In this document: one piece after another, positions 1 to 9,770 of the stretch | How the letters are laid out: every line of letters begins with the position of its first letter | Position numbering within the stretch: the stretch's first letter is position 1 | Source: Coleofasciculus chthonoplastes F2-STO-03 | GTDB taxonomy: Bacteria; Cyanobacteriota; Cyanobacteriia; Cyanobacteriales; Coleofasciculaceae | Assembly: GCA_040222015.1 (NCBI GenBank) | Contig: JAVJWO010000026.1 | Span: forward strand, 1-43,992 | Direction of reading: 5' to 3' | Length of the DNA stretch: 43,992 nucleotides | Notes under the pieces: model-generated | Told to the model about the DNA's origin: nothing | The model's database searches: none | The model's input: the letters and a program-made list of their open reading frames with translations, nothing else | Made by a program: the position numbers and the translations under genes

Positions 1-134
1 ATTGGTCATTGGTCATTGGTCATTGGTCATTGGTCATTGGTCATTGGTCATTGGTCATTGGTCATTGGTCATTGGTCATTGGTCATTGGTCATTGGTCAT
101 TGGTCATTGGTCATTGGTCATTGGTCATTGGTCA
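1..134. repeat. STRR heptamer tandem array (ATTGGTC)x~19, truncated by the window start
   Basis: Perfect 7-bp tandem repeats, followed by AATGCCGAACAGCTTA (160-175), a MITE-like end that recurs in variant form at ~5834-5849. Confidence 0.95.
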
Positions 135-240
135 GGGGCTAACTTTACCTAAAGGTTTGAATGCCGAACAGCTTACTCTCACTTAATTGTCTCACTAAGA
201 TACATATCTTAGAAAATTTAAAATGGTTGCCTCACCCGTG

Positions 241-270
241 GAGACGTTTCTTAATGTTAAGGAACGTCTC
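241..270. repeat. REP-like palindrome
   Basis: GAGACGTTTCTTAA-TG-TTAAGGAACGTCTC imperfect inverted repeat; same GAGACGT/ACGTCT core as at 31478-31500. Confidence 0.6.
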
Positions 271-539
271 TTAATTTATAGGTTCGTGTTGGCAGTCAAG
301 CCGAATTTAGTTTTACAGTTACCCTTGATAATTTTGTGATATATCTCACTCAATTAAACTAATTTTAATCACAAATTAATAGCGTTTTGGTTACACTAAA
401 ATCCGAACGTGGTCACGTTACTAAGTAGACTTGAATTACTTTAATATTTGACGTTAATCACTAATCAGATAAAATCTCAATCACTTTAGATCGAGAGTAA
501 CTATCTCATAGTATAAGGGTTGAATTTATGCGGAGTAAC

Positions 540-812
540 ATGAAACTTCAAGTCCAACTTATACCGGGTGCGATCGCGGATTTATTTGCTCAAGTCAGTT
601 GTTCAGGCAAAATTACACTAGCTGATCGATATGGACTCATGGCAGCCATCTTAGAAGACTCGATCACGGAGGAAGAGAGAGAATCCATTGATAGACTGCT
701 GCGGGCGTTTCGCAAGGGACGAATGCAAATGGTTAATGAGATTTCAGCACAGCCGTGTTGTTCTTGTTCAGAGTCACCTTTACAAATCGCTAACTTCATG
801 CTGAACCATTAG
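540..812 (+). CDS. Conserved cyanobacterial hypothetical protein (~90 aa)
   Basis: ITLADRYGLMAAIL...EEERESIDRLL motif typical of a small cyanobacterial family; ATG 540 follows GGAG (alternative start 528). Confidence 0.7.
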   Translation: MKLQVQLIPGAIADLFAQVSCSGKITLADRYGLMAAILEDSITEEERESIDRLLRAFRKGRMQMVNEISAQPCCSCSESPLQIANFMLNH

Positions 813-1665
813 ACGCCATCCACTGGCGAGTGCCAAAAAATTGACAAGAGTGGGCAGCAACGTTTGCTGAAGCGGCTAGGGCGTCAGTAAAGGTATGCTT
901 AAGGATAGAGTGACAGAATGCCCCATGAAAAACATCACCAGCTCCCAATGTATCAACCGCATCAACACAAGGTACTGATAATTGACCCGATGTTCCACTG
1001 GAGAAATACTCAATTGGTTTTTCCCCATGGGTAATTGCAATGTGGGGAATTCCAGCGGCGCGAAGATAAGCGATCGCGTCTTGGTGAGTTTCACAGTCTG
1101 GGGGATAAAAATTCGCCGAGCAAACGGCATAATCGACAAAGGGCAAAAGATTTTCTAATCCAGGTTTCCAACTCCCTCCATCGAGGACAACTGGAATCTG
1201 ACGGGATTTTGCCGATTGTGCGATCGCATGACTCACTGCCATTTGATGACCATCAATCATCACAATCGTAATATCCCTGTCAATATGCGGCGGTACTTGC
1301 TCAACTCCTGCTTGAATCTTCGCCGCATTAATCGAAACCACCGCGCGATCGCCACTCCCTTGAGTAACAATAATTGAAGAAATCGGAGGGGGACTCGTGG
1401 CTGTCGGATCTAAATCAGCCAGCGTTACTCCCTGATCGTGCAAATCAGAACGGATCAGGGGTGTAATCGGGTGAGTTCCCACTACCCCTAAGATTGTCGC
1501 GCGATCGCCTAAATAACTAAACGTGACTGCTGCATTTGTCGCTGGACCTCCAGCCGCCACGGTATAGTCACAAGCGGCAATTTTTTCATTTTGACCAGGT
1601 AGCTTAGGGCTAAGGTAAACCAGATCTAATGTTACCATGCCAACAAAAAGCCCATTGTTTGCCAT
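796..1665 (-). CDS. PfkB-family carbohydrate kinase
   Basis: GGPATNAA and DTLGAGDVFHGA PfkB signatures. Confidence 0.93.
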   Translation of the reverse strand: MANNGLFVGMVTLDLVYLSPKLPGQNEKIAACDYTVAAGGPATNAAVTFSYLGDRATILGVVGTHPITPLIRSDLHDQGVTLADLDPTATSPPPISSIIVTQGSGDRAVVSINAAKIQAGVEQVPPHIDRDITIVMIDGHQMAVSHAIAQSAKSRQIPVVLDGGSWKPGLENLLPFVDYAVCSANFYPPDCETHQDAIAYLRAAGIPHIAITHGEKPIEYFSSGTSGQLSVPCVDAVDTLGAGDVFHGAFCHSILKHTFTDALAASANVAAHSCQFFGTRQWMASNGSA

Positions 1666-1770
1666 TGACTATCTTTTGAGAACTATCGGGTAACCCGATA
1701 ATCATAAGGCTTGACTCGATATCGCATCAATCTGCTCTCCCCTATCTCCCTCATCTTCCTAATTTCCCAT

Positions 1771-2322
1771 TCAGGGAATTCGTTGCACAGGTAAACCCGC
1801 AGGTCCCAAACCCTCAAATATCAAAACCTCACAAGAGGGTAGCCCTGAAGTCGTATAATCACAAGTATAGGTAGCTAAGGGTTCGGCTCGGTCATTGAAG
1901 ACTCTTACATTGTAGTTATAGTCTCTAGCAACCGTTCCGAAATGATTAATAAAGCTGTATCGTTCTAAATAGTTGAGCAGTGTCCAAGGTTGACGGCTAA
2001 CCACCAAATCAACCCGTTGTTTATCTTGGTAAGCGAGCCAGTTCACGAGCAATTTACCGCCAAATTCATCAAACTGCTCTTCTGCCCACCAAAGGCTAGG
2101 AATTGTAATGTGTTGCTGGGATATTGTATTGGCTGTAACTATGTTGGGGGGTAGGATAGTATCGGGTTCTAATAATTCTGTTTCTAGAGGAACTAAGGAC
2201 GGTATTGGTGCAGAATTGCGTTGAGCCGTTGCTGTTGGTGTAATGAACAGAAGTGGAGAAATCCCGATGAAGCAAATTTTAAATACCCCTAATTGACTGA
2301 ACATAGCTTTGACACTCTTCAC
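1771..2322 (-). CDS. Conserved cyanobacterial hypothetical protein, probably secreted
   Basis: N-terminal hydrophobic segment ending TATAQ; conserved-looking core IPSLWW...LERYSFINHFG..ARDYNYNVRVF. Confidence 0.7.
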   Translation of the reverse strand: MKSVKAMFSQLGVFKICFIGISPLLFITPTATAQRNSAPIPSLVPLETELLEPDTILPPNIVTANTISQQHITIPSLWWAEEQFDEFGGKLLVNWLAYQDKQRVDLVVSRQPWTLLNYLERYSFINHFGTVARDYNYNVRVFNDRAEPLATYTCDYTTSGLPSCEVLIFEGLGPAGLPVQRIP

Positions 2323-2439
2323 AGAACCCTATACTTGAACTGTAGCATGGCAGACAAAATAGTGTTGGCTGGTTCGTAGTTGCGCTGTCTTCGCTAGAAA
2401 CTTAAGTAAGCGTTTGTTTCCCCAATTATGTTACGTTAA

Positions 2440-2686
2440 GTAAAAGGAAAGTCTTACCGCAGTGGCAAGACTTTCAAGTGTGGGCATTGTGGTTGGCATA
2501 GGGATGCCGATTTTAACGGAGCCAACAACATGGCACTTGTGGGGCTGTCTATAAACCAGCCTGGAGGCACGGTGTTATCGTGCAAGTTAAACCGAACCGT
2601 TGAATGGGTTCAGCTTAGCTTGTTTGATGACTTCAGGGCTACTGAAAACCCAGGTTTCAGCCGTTAGGCAAACCTGGGTAGTTTAT
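2440..2686 (+). mobile_element. tnpB: IS200/IS605 remnant: tnpB 3' fragment plus right-end hairpin
   Basis: 2440-2667 translates as VKGKSYRSGKTFKCGHCGWHRDADFNGANNMA... (Zn ribbon and RuvC-III DxNxA), with no start codon; hairpin ACCCAGGTTT...AAACCTGGGT followed by AGTTTAT. Confidence 0.85.
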
Positions 2687-2740
2687 TTCTATATTATTAG
2701 TTTGATCACCCAACGTCCTCATATTGTATTAGCTTTCTTC

Positions 2741-3986
2741 GCCGGAAGCCCCACACCATACCTGTACTTCGACAGGCTCAGTAACAACCCAGGTTGGTGT
2801 TGGGATGGATAGGCGGGTTGCTGTTTTGTTCGGAAGCAACTAACTACACGGGAGCGGGAAAACGAGCGATCAAGCTTCTTATCAATTCCGATTTTGTCAT
2901 CCCACGTCTAGCAGCTTCTTGCTCTAGTTGCCTCATCTCATAGCCAGTGATTCGGATTTCCAGCTTTTTGTCTTTCATTTTTGTACTGACATTTGTCCAT
3001 TCATAGAGTATACTGTTTTATAGGTCGATAAGCAGGAGGGAAACAAGTGAGAACAGCATACCAATACCGATTACGACCAACAAAACACCAAGGTAGACCT
3101 CGGTTTAAGGCTCGTAACCGTTATCGCACTTTCACCTATCCTCAGATCAAAGATGGATGCTGGCAAGGCAACTTGATTAACTTGCCAATGTTCGGGAAAG
3201 TTAAGGTGATTCTGCATCGCCCTATTTCTGACGGCTTCAAAATCAAGACCGCATCGGTTACAAAAAAGGCTGACGGGTTCTATTTGACGCTTTCACTGGA
3301 AGACAAGACAATCCCAGAAATTAAACCAGATTTTAACCCGAATAAAATTACTGGAATTGACGTTGGCTTAAAGGAATTTTTGACGACGGCTGAGGGCGAA
3401 ACGGTTGCTATTCCTCAGCATTACCGCAAGGCACAAAAACGTCTACGGGTAATTCCAAAGCGAGTATCACGCAGAAAGAAAGGGAGTAATGGCAGACTTA
3501 AAGCTATTAAGCAACTTGGGAAGCAGCATAAGAAAGTTGCAGACAAGAGAAAGGATTTCCACTTCAAGACAGCGAATTGGCTGTTGTCAAAATATGACGG
3601 TGTTGCTCATGAAGATTTGAACGTCAAAGGTCTAGCTCGTACCCGATTGGCTAAATCTGTGTTGGATGCTGGGTGGTCAAGCTTTCTGTCGATACTGACA
3701 AACAAAGCCGTAAATGCTGGGAAGTTGGTATTCGGTGTAAGCGCCCATAACACTTCACAGGATTGCTCTAGTTGTGGAGAGGAAGTACCTAAAAAGCTGC
3801 ATATTCGCTGGCACGATTGCCCCTATTGTGGGTGTAGCCTTGACCGTGATCATAATGCAGCTATCAACATAAGAAATAGAGCCGAGGGGCATCCGGTTCT
3901 TAAAGCGCAACGCCTCCTAAGCTCTCTTCCGGATTGGTTGCGAAGCCTACACCATACCTATCCAGGTTGGTGTAGGAGTATGTCAC
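2741..3986 (+). mobile_element. IS200/IS605-family (IS1341-like, no tnpA) element
   Basis: Related subterminal hairpins at both ends (ACACCATACCT...CCAGGTTGGTGT at ~2753-2799 and ~3949-3973); right end terminates in TCAC at 3986; carries tnpB and an RHH gene; left boundary approximate. Confidence 0.85.
2844..2978 (-). CDS. Small ribbon-helix-helix (CopG-like) protein, 44 aa, divergent from tnpB
   Basis: Manual translation MKDKKLEIRITGYEMRQLEQEAARRGMTKSELIRSLIARFPAPV; beta strand plus GMTKSELIR RHH pattern; below the ORF-track cutoff. Confidence 0.8.
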   Translation of the reverse strand: MKDKKLEIRITGYEMRQLEQEAARRGMTKSELIRSLIARFPAPV

Positions 3987-4087
3987 AGATTTGTCGATTT
4001 TTGAGTCAGCGCCTGCGAGAAACCGATAAGTATCGGCTGGCTAGAAAATTACCCTCATCATTCGATGTTCCTGTAGAAAGCCGATAA
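3047..4087 (+). pseudogene. tnpB: TnpB RNA-guided endonuclease with an in-frame N-terminal internal deletion
   Basis: GTG start after AGGAGG; RuvC IDVG, HEDL and DRDHNAA plus CxxC Zn ribbon present; YRLRPTKHQ joins directly to GRPRFK, so the usual helical segment is missing; the ORF runs past the right end. Confidence 0.8.
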
Positions 4088-4176
4088 TTATCAAAGGCGA
4101 TCGGGCTATGCAGGAGGATTAACCTGAACAAATGATGATGAGCGATCGCCGGGTGTCGTCAGACAAAAGATTCAGA

Positions 4177-5529
4177 ATGAAAAAACAACCGTTAAATTTT
4201 TGGCAGCTCTGGAATATGAGCGTTGGATTCTTCGGCATTCAATTTGGCTGGGGACTCCAAATGGCAAATATGAGCGCCATTTTCGAGTATCTGGGTGCTA
4301 ATGCCCATCAAATTCCTATTCTCTGGTTAGCCGCCCCCCTGACGGGGTTAATCGTGCAGCCGATTATTGGCAATATGAGCGATAATACCTGGGGACCTCT
4401 GGGTAGGCGACGACCATATTTTTTAGTTGGGGCAATTTTGAGTACGATCGCGCTGATTGCTATGCCTCTCTCATCGGCATTGTGGATGGCAGCGGGATTA
4501 CTCTGGATTCTAGATACCTCAGTCAACATTAGCATGGAGCCGTTCCGGGCATTTGTTGGGGATTTAGTGCCGAGAAGCCAACGGACGATGGGATTTGCCA
4601 TGCAGAGTCTGTTTATTGGCTTAGGCGCGGTGAGTGCGTCGGCATTACCCTGGATTTTAAATAACATCTTTCATATTCCTTCCCTCAGTAGCAATAAAGG
4701 GGCAATTCCCTTAACCGTAGAACTCTCCTTTTACATTGGTGCTGCCTTTTTCTTTGGTACGGTATTGTGGACAGTTCTTTCTACCGAAGAATATCCACCC
4801 AAAAATCTAGAAGCCTTTGAGAAACAGCAAGAGAAAAAAGGTGGTGTGATCAACAGTATTCGCGAAGCCTGGATCGCACTGCAAGAGATACCGCCAGTAA
4901 TGAGACAATTAGCGTGGGTGCAGTGCTTTACCTGGTTAGGTATGTTCTGTTTCTTCCTATACTTTCCCCCCGCCGTCGCCTGGAATATTTTCGGCGCGAC
5001 AAGCCAGCAATCATTACTTTATAACGATGGGATTGAATGGGCAGGAATTTGCATTGCCTTCTATAATGCTGTTTGTTTTGGTGTCTCTCTGTTATTACCG
5101 AGAATGGCACAAATTACCAATCGTCAAATCACCCATAGTTTTTGTCTCCTCTGCGGTGGTGCAGGGTTTATGTCATTGATGGTGATTGACAATCAATATT
5201 TGCTATTCCTAGCGATGGTGGGAGTCGGTATTGCTTGGGCAAGTATTTTAACCATGCCGTATTCGATGTTAATTGGTGGTTTACCTCCCAAGCGCACAGG
5301 CATTTTCATGGGCATTTTTAACTTCTTTATTGTCCTACCTCAGATTGCCGTATCTCTGGGGTTTGGTTGGGTGATGGATAACTTTCTGGACAATAATCGC
5401 CTCTTAGCCGTAGTCATTGGCGGTGTGTTTATGGTGATTGCGGCATTTTTGACCCAACGGGTAGAAACCATTCCCGCACAAGATTTACCAAAACCAGAGG
5501 TTCAGTTGTCAGAAGAAACAGCCGTTTAA
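4177..5529 (+). CDS. MFS sugar (maltose/sucrose-type, SLC45/GPH-like) transporter
   Basis: FFGIQFGWGLQ, GRRRPY and ~12 TM segments; alternative start 4132. Confidence 0.9.
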   Translation: MKKQPLNFWQLWNMSVGFFGIQFGWGLQMANMSAIFEYLGANAHQIPILWLAAPLTGLIVQPIIGNMSDNTWGPLGRRRPYFLVGAILSTIALIAMPLSSALWMAAGLLWILDTSVNISMEPFRAFVGDLVPRSQRTMGFAMQSLFIGLGAVSASALPWILNNIFHIPSLSSNKGAIPLTVELSFYIGAAFFFGTVLWTVLSTEEYPPKNLEAFEKQQEKKGGVINSIREAWIALQEIPPVMRQLAWVQCFTWLGMFCFFLYFPPAVAWNIFGATSQQSLLYNDGIEWAGICIAFYNAVCFGVSLLLPRMAQITNRQITHSFCLLCGGAGFMSLMVIDNQYLLFLAMVGVGIAWASILTMPYSMLIGGLPPKRTGIFMGIFNFFIVLPQIAVSLGFGWVMDNFLDNNRLLAVVIGGVFMVIAAFLTQRVETIPAQDLPKPEVQLSEETAV

Positions 5530-5531
5530 CC

Positions 5532-5557
5532 GTAGGGGCTTGGTGACCAAGCCCCTA
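5532..5557 (+). terminator. Hairpin after the MFS stop (REP-like, possible terminator)
   Basis: TAGGGGCTTGG-TGA-CCAAGCCCCTA followed by GTTTTG. Confidence 0.55.
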
Positions 5558-5593
5558 GTTTTGTCTTCCGCAAAGCCTCTATCGTAGGGTGCG

Positions 5594-5731
5594 TTAGCGT
5601 AGCGTAACGCACCATTTTAGCGTAGCGTAACGCACCATTTTAGCGTAGCGTAACGCACCATTTTAGCGTAGCGTAACGCACCATTTTAGCGTAGCGTAAC
5701 GCACCATTTTAGCGTAGCGTAACGCACCATT
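5594..5731. repeat. Six perfect tandem copies of the 23-bp unit TTAGCGTAGCGTAACGCACCATT
   Basis: Direct count; the unit is the right part of the REP palindrome GTAGGGTGCGTTAGCGTAGCGTAACGCACC that starts at 5584. Confidence 0.95.
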
Positions 5732-5751
5732 GCCACCATAATGTACCTGTG

Positions 5752-5849
5752 TAAGTTCTGTTTAAATTGGGTATTAGTAGCGAGCAAGATGCTCGCACTA
5801 CAAGAATGAGAGCCATTATTGGCATTAAGAGTTAAATGTCGAACAGCTT
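5752..5849. mobile_element. Degenerate MITE-like element containing the REP GTAGCGAGCAAGATGCTCGCACTAC
   Basis: Right end AATGTCGAACAGCTT matches 160-174; internal palindrome. Confidence 0.5.
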
Positions 5850-5866
5850 CTTAGACGCCGTGTAAT

Positions 5867-5930
5867 GTAGGGGCGGGTTTAGGGATTAACGTTAGGAGAT
5901 AGATCTCAAACTGCACAACAAAACCCGCCC
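5867..5930. repeat. GTAG-type REP dyad (GGGCGGGTTT...AAACCCGCCC)
   Basis: The same arms recur at 8309-8371, 25558-25621, 40580-40646 and 43833. Confidence 0.85.
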
Positions 5931-5973
5931 TCATCCCTGCTAGAGTTTAGTGTAGGAGTTGCTATCAGAGTCA

Positions 5974-6294
5974 ATGGCAGATATCCAATTTGAAATTCAA
6001 GGAAAAGACGCGATCGCAGCAACGGAAGCTTTATTTGCCCATCCCGAATTAGAAGGGCATTGGGAGACGGCTGACGAACCGGATAAAGAAGGTACAATTG
6101 CCACCATTGGCGCGATTGTCGGGATTGTTGGCGGTGCTATCACTGTTGCTGAACAAATTCGCAAGTGGTATCAGGAATACAAAAAAGGCAAAGCTGGGAA
6201 AAAAATAGACAAGGTACTGCTAGTTAGAGGAGATCGGCGATTGCTATTGAAAGATGCCACAATTGAGGAAATTAGGCAAATCTTGGAAGACTAA
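5974..6294 (+). CDS. Small protein resembling EACC1/Pepco-type protease partner components
   Basis: 106 aa with a central Gly-rich hydrophobic helix (TIATIGAIVGIVGGAITVA), C-terminal strands plus helix; ends 6 bp upstream of a CHAT gene. Family name is inferred. Confidence 0.7.
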   Translation: MADIQFEIQGKDAIAATEALFAHPELEGHWETADEPDKEGTIATIGAIVGIVGGAITVAEQIRKWYQEYKKGKAGKKIDKVLLVRGDRRLLLKDATIEEIRQILED

Positions 6295-6300
6295 ACCACT

Positions 6301-9300
6301 GTGCAAGTCCTTCACCTTGACCTCAAACCCGTTGGGGAAAATGACGTAGAACTGCGTTATTTTTCTGACAATCCCAATCAGTATAAGACGCGATCGCTCC
6401 CTCTGGCAGAAATCACCGACCTAATTGGGCGAGCAGAACGAGATTACTACGTTCGTTTAGCGGTTGATTATACCATCACTGGGCGTAAATTATACAACTG
6501 GTTAGATGGGAGCGATCGCTTTCTGCAACGATTGCTGAATCAGTCTCGTCGAGAGGGGATTGTTTTAGCCATCAACGCCGCCGAACAACTGGCACATCTG
6601 CCCTGGGAAGTGCTGCATGATGGCAATAGTTTTCTGGTGGAGAAACTGCCTGCGGTGATTCCTCTACGCTGGGTATCATTGAATACTCGGAAACTGGAAA
6701 TTGATGCCGCACCCAAAAATCGGGCGCTGAATGTCCTGTTTATGGCAACCTCACCGTTAGGGATAACACCCATCTTGGATTTTGAGGCGGAAGAGGGGCG
6801 AATCCTGAAAGCGACAGCCCGTCAACCTTTATCGTTAACAGTAGAAGAAAGCGGCTGTTTGTCGGAGTTGGGGTATTTAGTTGGTGATTACGACAAGGGG
6901 TACTTTGATGTCTTGCATCTGACAGGTCATGCTACCTTTGTTGATGGAGAACCCCGCTTTTATACGGAAACAGAAATAGGTGAACCTTATCTTGCCAGCG
7001 CTGAAGATATTGCCAAAGAACTACAATTTCGACTACCCAAACTGATATTCCTCTCCGGTTGTCGCACAGGGCAAGCCGGGAAATCGGGGGCTATCCCTTC
7101 CATGGCTGAGGCATTGCTGAACTTAGGCGTAACAGCCGTTTTGGGTTGGGGGCAGAAGGTTTTAGACGAAGAGGCGACAACGGCGGCGGCTGCATTATAT
7201 CAGGCGTTGTCAGCCGGAAAGACATTAACACAAGCCGTTGCCCTGACGTACCAAGAATTGATTAAAAATAAGGCACGGGATTGGCATTTGTTACGGCTGT
7301 ATGCGGCGGAAACGTTGCCAGGGGCATTAGTTACACCTGTAAGAACCCGTGGGCGCAAACCTGCACCGCCACCCACTGTGGCTACACAGTTTCTAGACAC
7401 CGCAGGAACCGTAAAAGTCCCCACTCGTGAAAGTTTTGTCGGGCGTCGTCGTCAGTTACAAAACTGTTTACGGGCGCTGAAACCACCATCTGAGGATATT
7501 GGGGTATTGATTCATGGTATGGGTGGTTTGGGTAAAAGTAGTTTAGCAGCAAGACTGTGCGATCGCCTGAGTTAATTTCAACGACTGGTTTGGGTGGGGA
7601 GAGTGGATGAACCTAGTCTAGTGAACAAGTTAGCGGCGGCGTTGGATAGTTGGGAATTAAGGGAAGCGTTACAGGATAACAGGGAAGAATTGAAGTTTCG
7701 GCTGCGACGGCTGTTTCGACTGTTAGAAGAGGATGCCGCAAAGCCATTTTTGCTAGTCTTAGATGATTTTGAGGTGAATCTAGAATCCTGCAATGGTGGG
7801 TATGTGCTGCAACCGGAAGCGGCAGAGGTTTTAGAATCGTTAGTCTGGGCAATTCAAGATAATTATGCCCCTCATCGCTTAATTATTACCTGCCGTTACG
7901 ATTTTGAATCTAGCCAATTGCAATCTTTTTACAAGCAAAAAATGGATTCGCTGCGGGGGGCAGATTGGCAAAAAAAGTGTAATCGCCTCACTGCATTTGG
8001 TTCTGAATCTCAGGTAGAGGAGGCGTTACAGGCGCAGGCGCAACGATTGGCGGATGGGAATCCTCGCTTATTGGAATGGTTGGATAAGGTGTTATTGAAT
8101 TTAGAGTCTCCCCAGCTTGCTTTAAAACGGGGGGAAAAGAATACAGTGGCAGAGATTTTGGCACGTTTGGAAGCTGATCCGGTGGAGTTAAGAGAAAAGG
8201 TTTTGGCAAAGGAACTCCTGAAACAAATAGATCAGCCGATGCGGGAAATGTTATCGCGGGGATTGGTGTTTGAGTTACCCGTACCGAGGGAGGCGTTTAT
8301 TGCCGTTTGTAGGGGCGGGTTTAGGGACAAACTTACTGGAAATACTGATAACTCTGAAGCAAAACCCGCCCTGAATAATGTAGATGAATACATTAATCTG
8401 GCGATAGCGTTGGGATTGTTGGAAGTTAGTCCTGATGAATCATTAAGAGTACCGCGTATTTTGCCATTGAAGTTGCCGGAAGAGGCGGAAACTTTGCACA
8501 GGCAAGCGGCTGAGGTGCTGTATCGCCTCTGGTGGGAAAATGCAGAGGAGATTTCAGAAAAACAAGGGGAAGAAATTCATCGGCTGGCACTGGAAGGCAA
8601 GGCAAAAAATATGGCTCTAGAAATAACAATTAATTTAGTAATTAGTGCTAACTCTCACAGCCTATATCTGAAAGCGCGTCAGTTGTGCGAATTAACTCTA
8701 GAGAATACTGAAACTGAAGATTATCATCTCTTACACCAGAGGGCTATAGCCGAACAACACTCTGGTGAGATTAAGAAAGCTGAAGAGTATTATCAACAAG
8801 CACTAAAGAACTGTCCCCAAGAGGATAAAGAACAAAGAGCAGAGATCATTTTCCACTTTGCGACTCTCAAAACTGATCAAGAAGATTTTGAGGAGGCAAT
8901 CAAACTCTATGATCAGTGCTTGGTAACTTTTGAAAATATGGGTAATACTATTGGTCAAGCAGGAGCTTTGAATAATTTAGGTATTATTAAAGCTAAGTTG
9001 GGACATATTGAAGAAGGGATATCACTCCTAGAAAGATCTATACCAATCTTTGAAAGTATAGATCATAATAGAGGTAAAGTGGGCGCTTTAAATTGTTTGG
9101 GAACGTTAAAAATTGCTCAAGGAAAAGTTGAAGAAGCAATATTAGACTATCAAGAATCTATAGAACTAGATGATAGGGTTGAGAGCAAAGCGGTGACCTT
9201 GTCCACACTAGGGATAATCCAATCTAGTAAGGGGAACACTGACGAAGCTATAACTCTTTATCAAGAAGCTTTGGCAATCTATAAAGGTATTGGTGATATT

Positions 9301-9486
9301 CTGGGTAAGGGAAGAACATTAAAAATGCTTGGGCAGTTGTTAGCGGACAGAAAAAAACAATTCACCACTGCATTAGATTATTTGCAACAATCCCTGGAGA
9401 TATTGCAGCGTTTCCAATCTCCCGAAGCGGAAAAAGTGAGGCAAATGATCGCTTACGTGCAAAAGATGGCAGACGAGAAGCAATAA
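6301..9486 (+). pseudogene. CHAT (caspase-like) protease-STAND NTPase-TPR protein interrupted by one in-frame TAA (7573-7575)
   Basis: HLTGH and LSGC catalytic motifs, Walker A GMGGLGKS, Walker B LLVLDDFE, GNPRLL, C-terminal TPRs; ORFs 6301-7575 and 7594-9486 share a frame (DRLS*FQRLVWVGRVDE). Confidence 0.88.
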
Positions 9487-9533
9487 TCCACATCTGACAC
9501 CACCCAATCTAACCGTAAGGGTTCTGTAGGGAT

Positions 9534-9770
9534 TTACCCCACAGCAAACCCATCATACTGAATCCAAATCTTGTCATCAATAATGTCAATATGAATTAGT
9601 AGACCAAACACTCGACGATATTGATTCCAGCCTGCAGGAAAAACCTGATAGTGGTCATCTTGATGATCAAAGAATTTATAGACCTCAATTTCTCCATTTG
9701 CAGGTTTAACTTGACTATATTTCTCTAAAACTTGTTGAATCCAATCACGATATTTAGTTAACTTATCCAT
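9534..9770 (-). pseudogene. xisI: XisI-family gene with an internal deletion
   Basis: MDKLTKYR...DHYQ...IHIDIIDDKIWIQYDG joins directly to the typical FAVG C-terminus; only 78 aa. Confidence 0.82.

Noticed and set aside
1..134. Long heptamer array as a novel element
   Set aside because: Standard cyanobacterial STRR.
2600..2812. 70-aa ORF
   Set aside because: Out of frame with the tnpB remnant and spans two element ends.
5594..5731. Possible CRISPR array
   Set aside because: The units are contiguous with no spacers, derive from a REP, and no cas genes are present.
7594..9486. Independent 630-aa TPR gene
   Set aside because: It begins in the middle of the NTPase domain, in frame with the upstream ORF; better treated as one interrupted gene.
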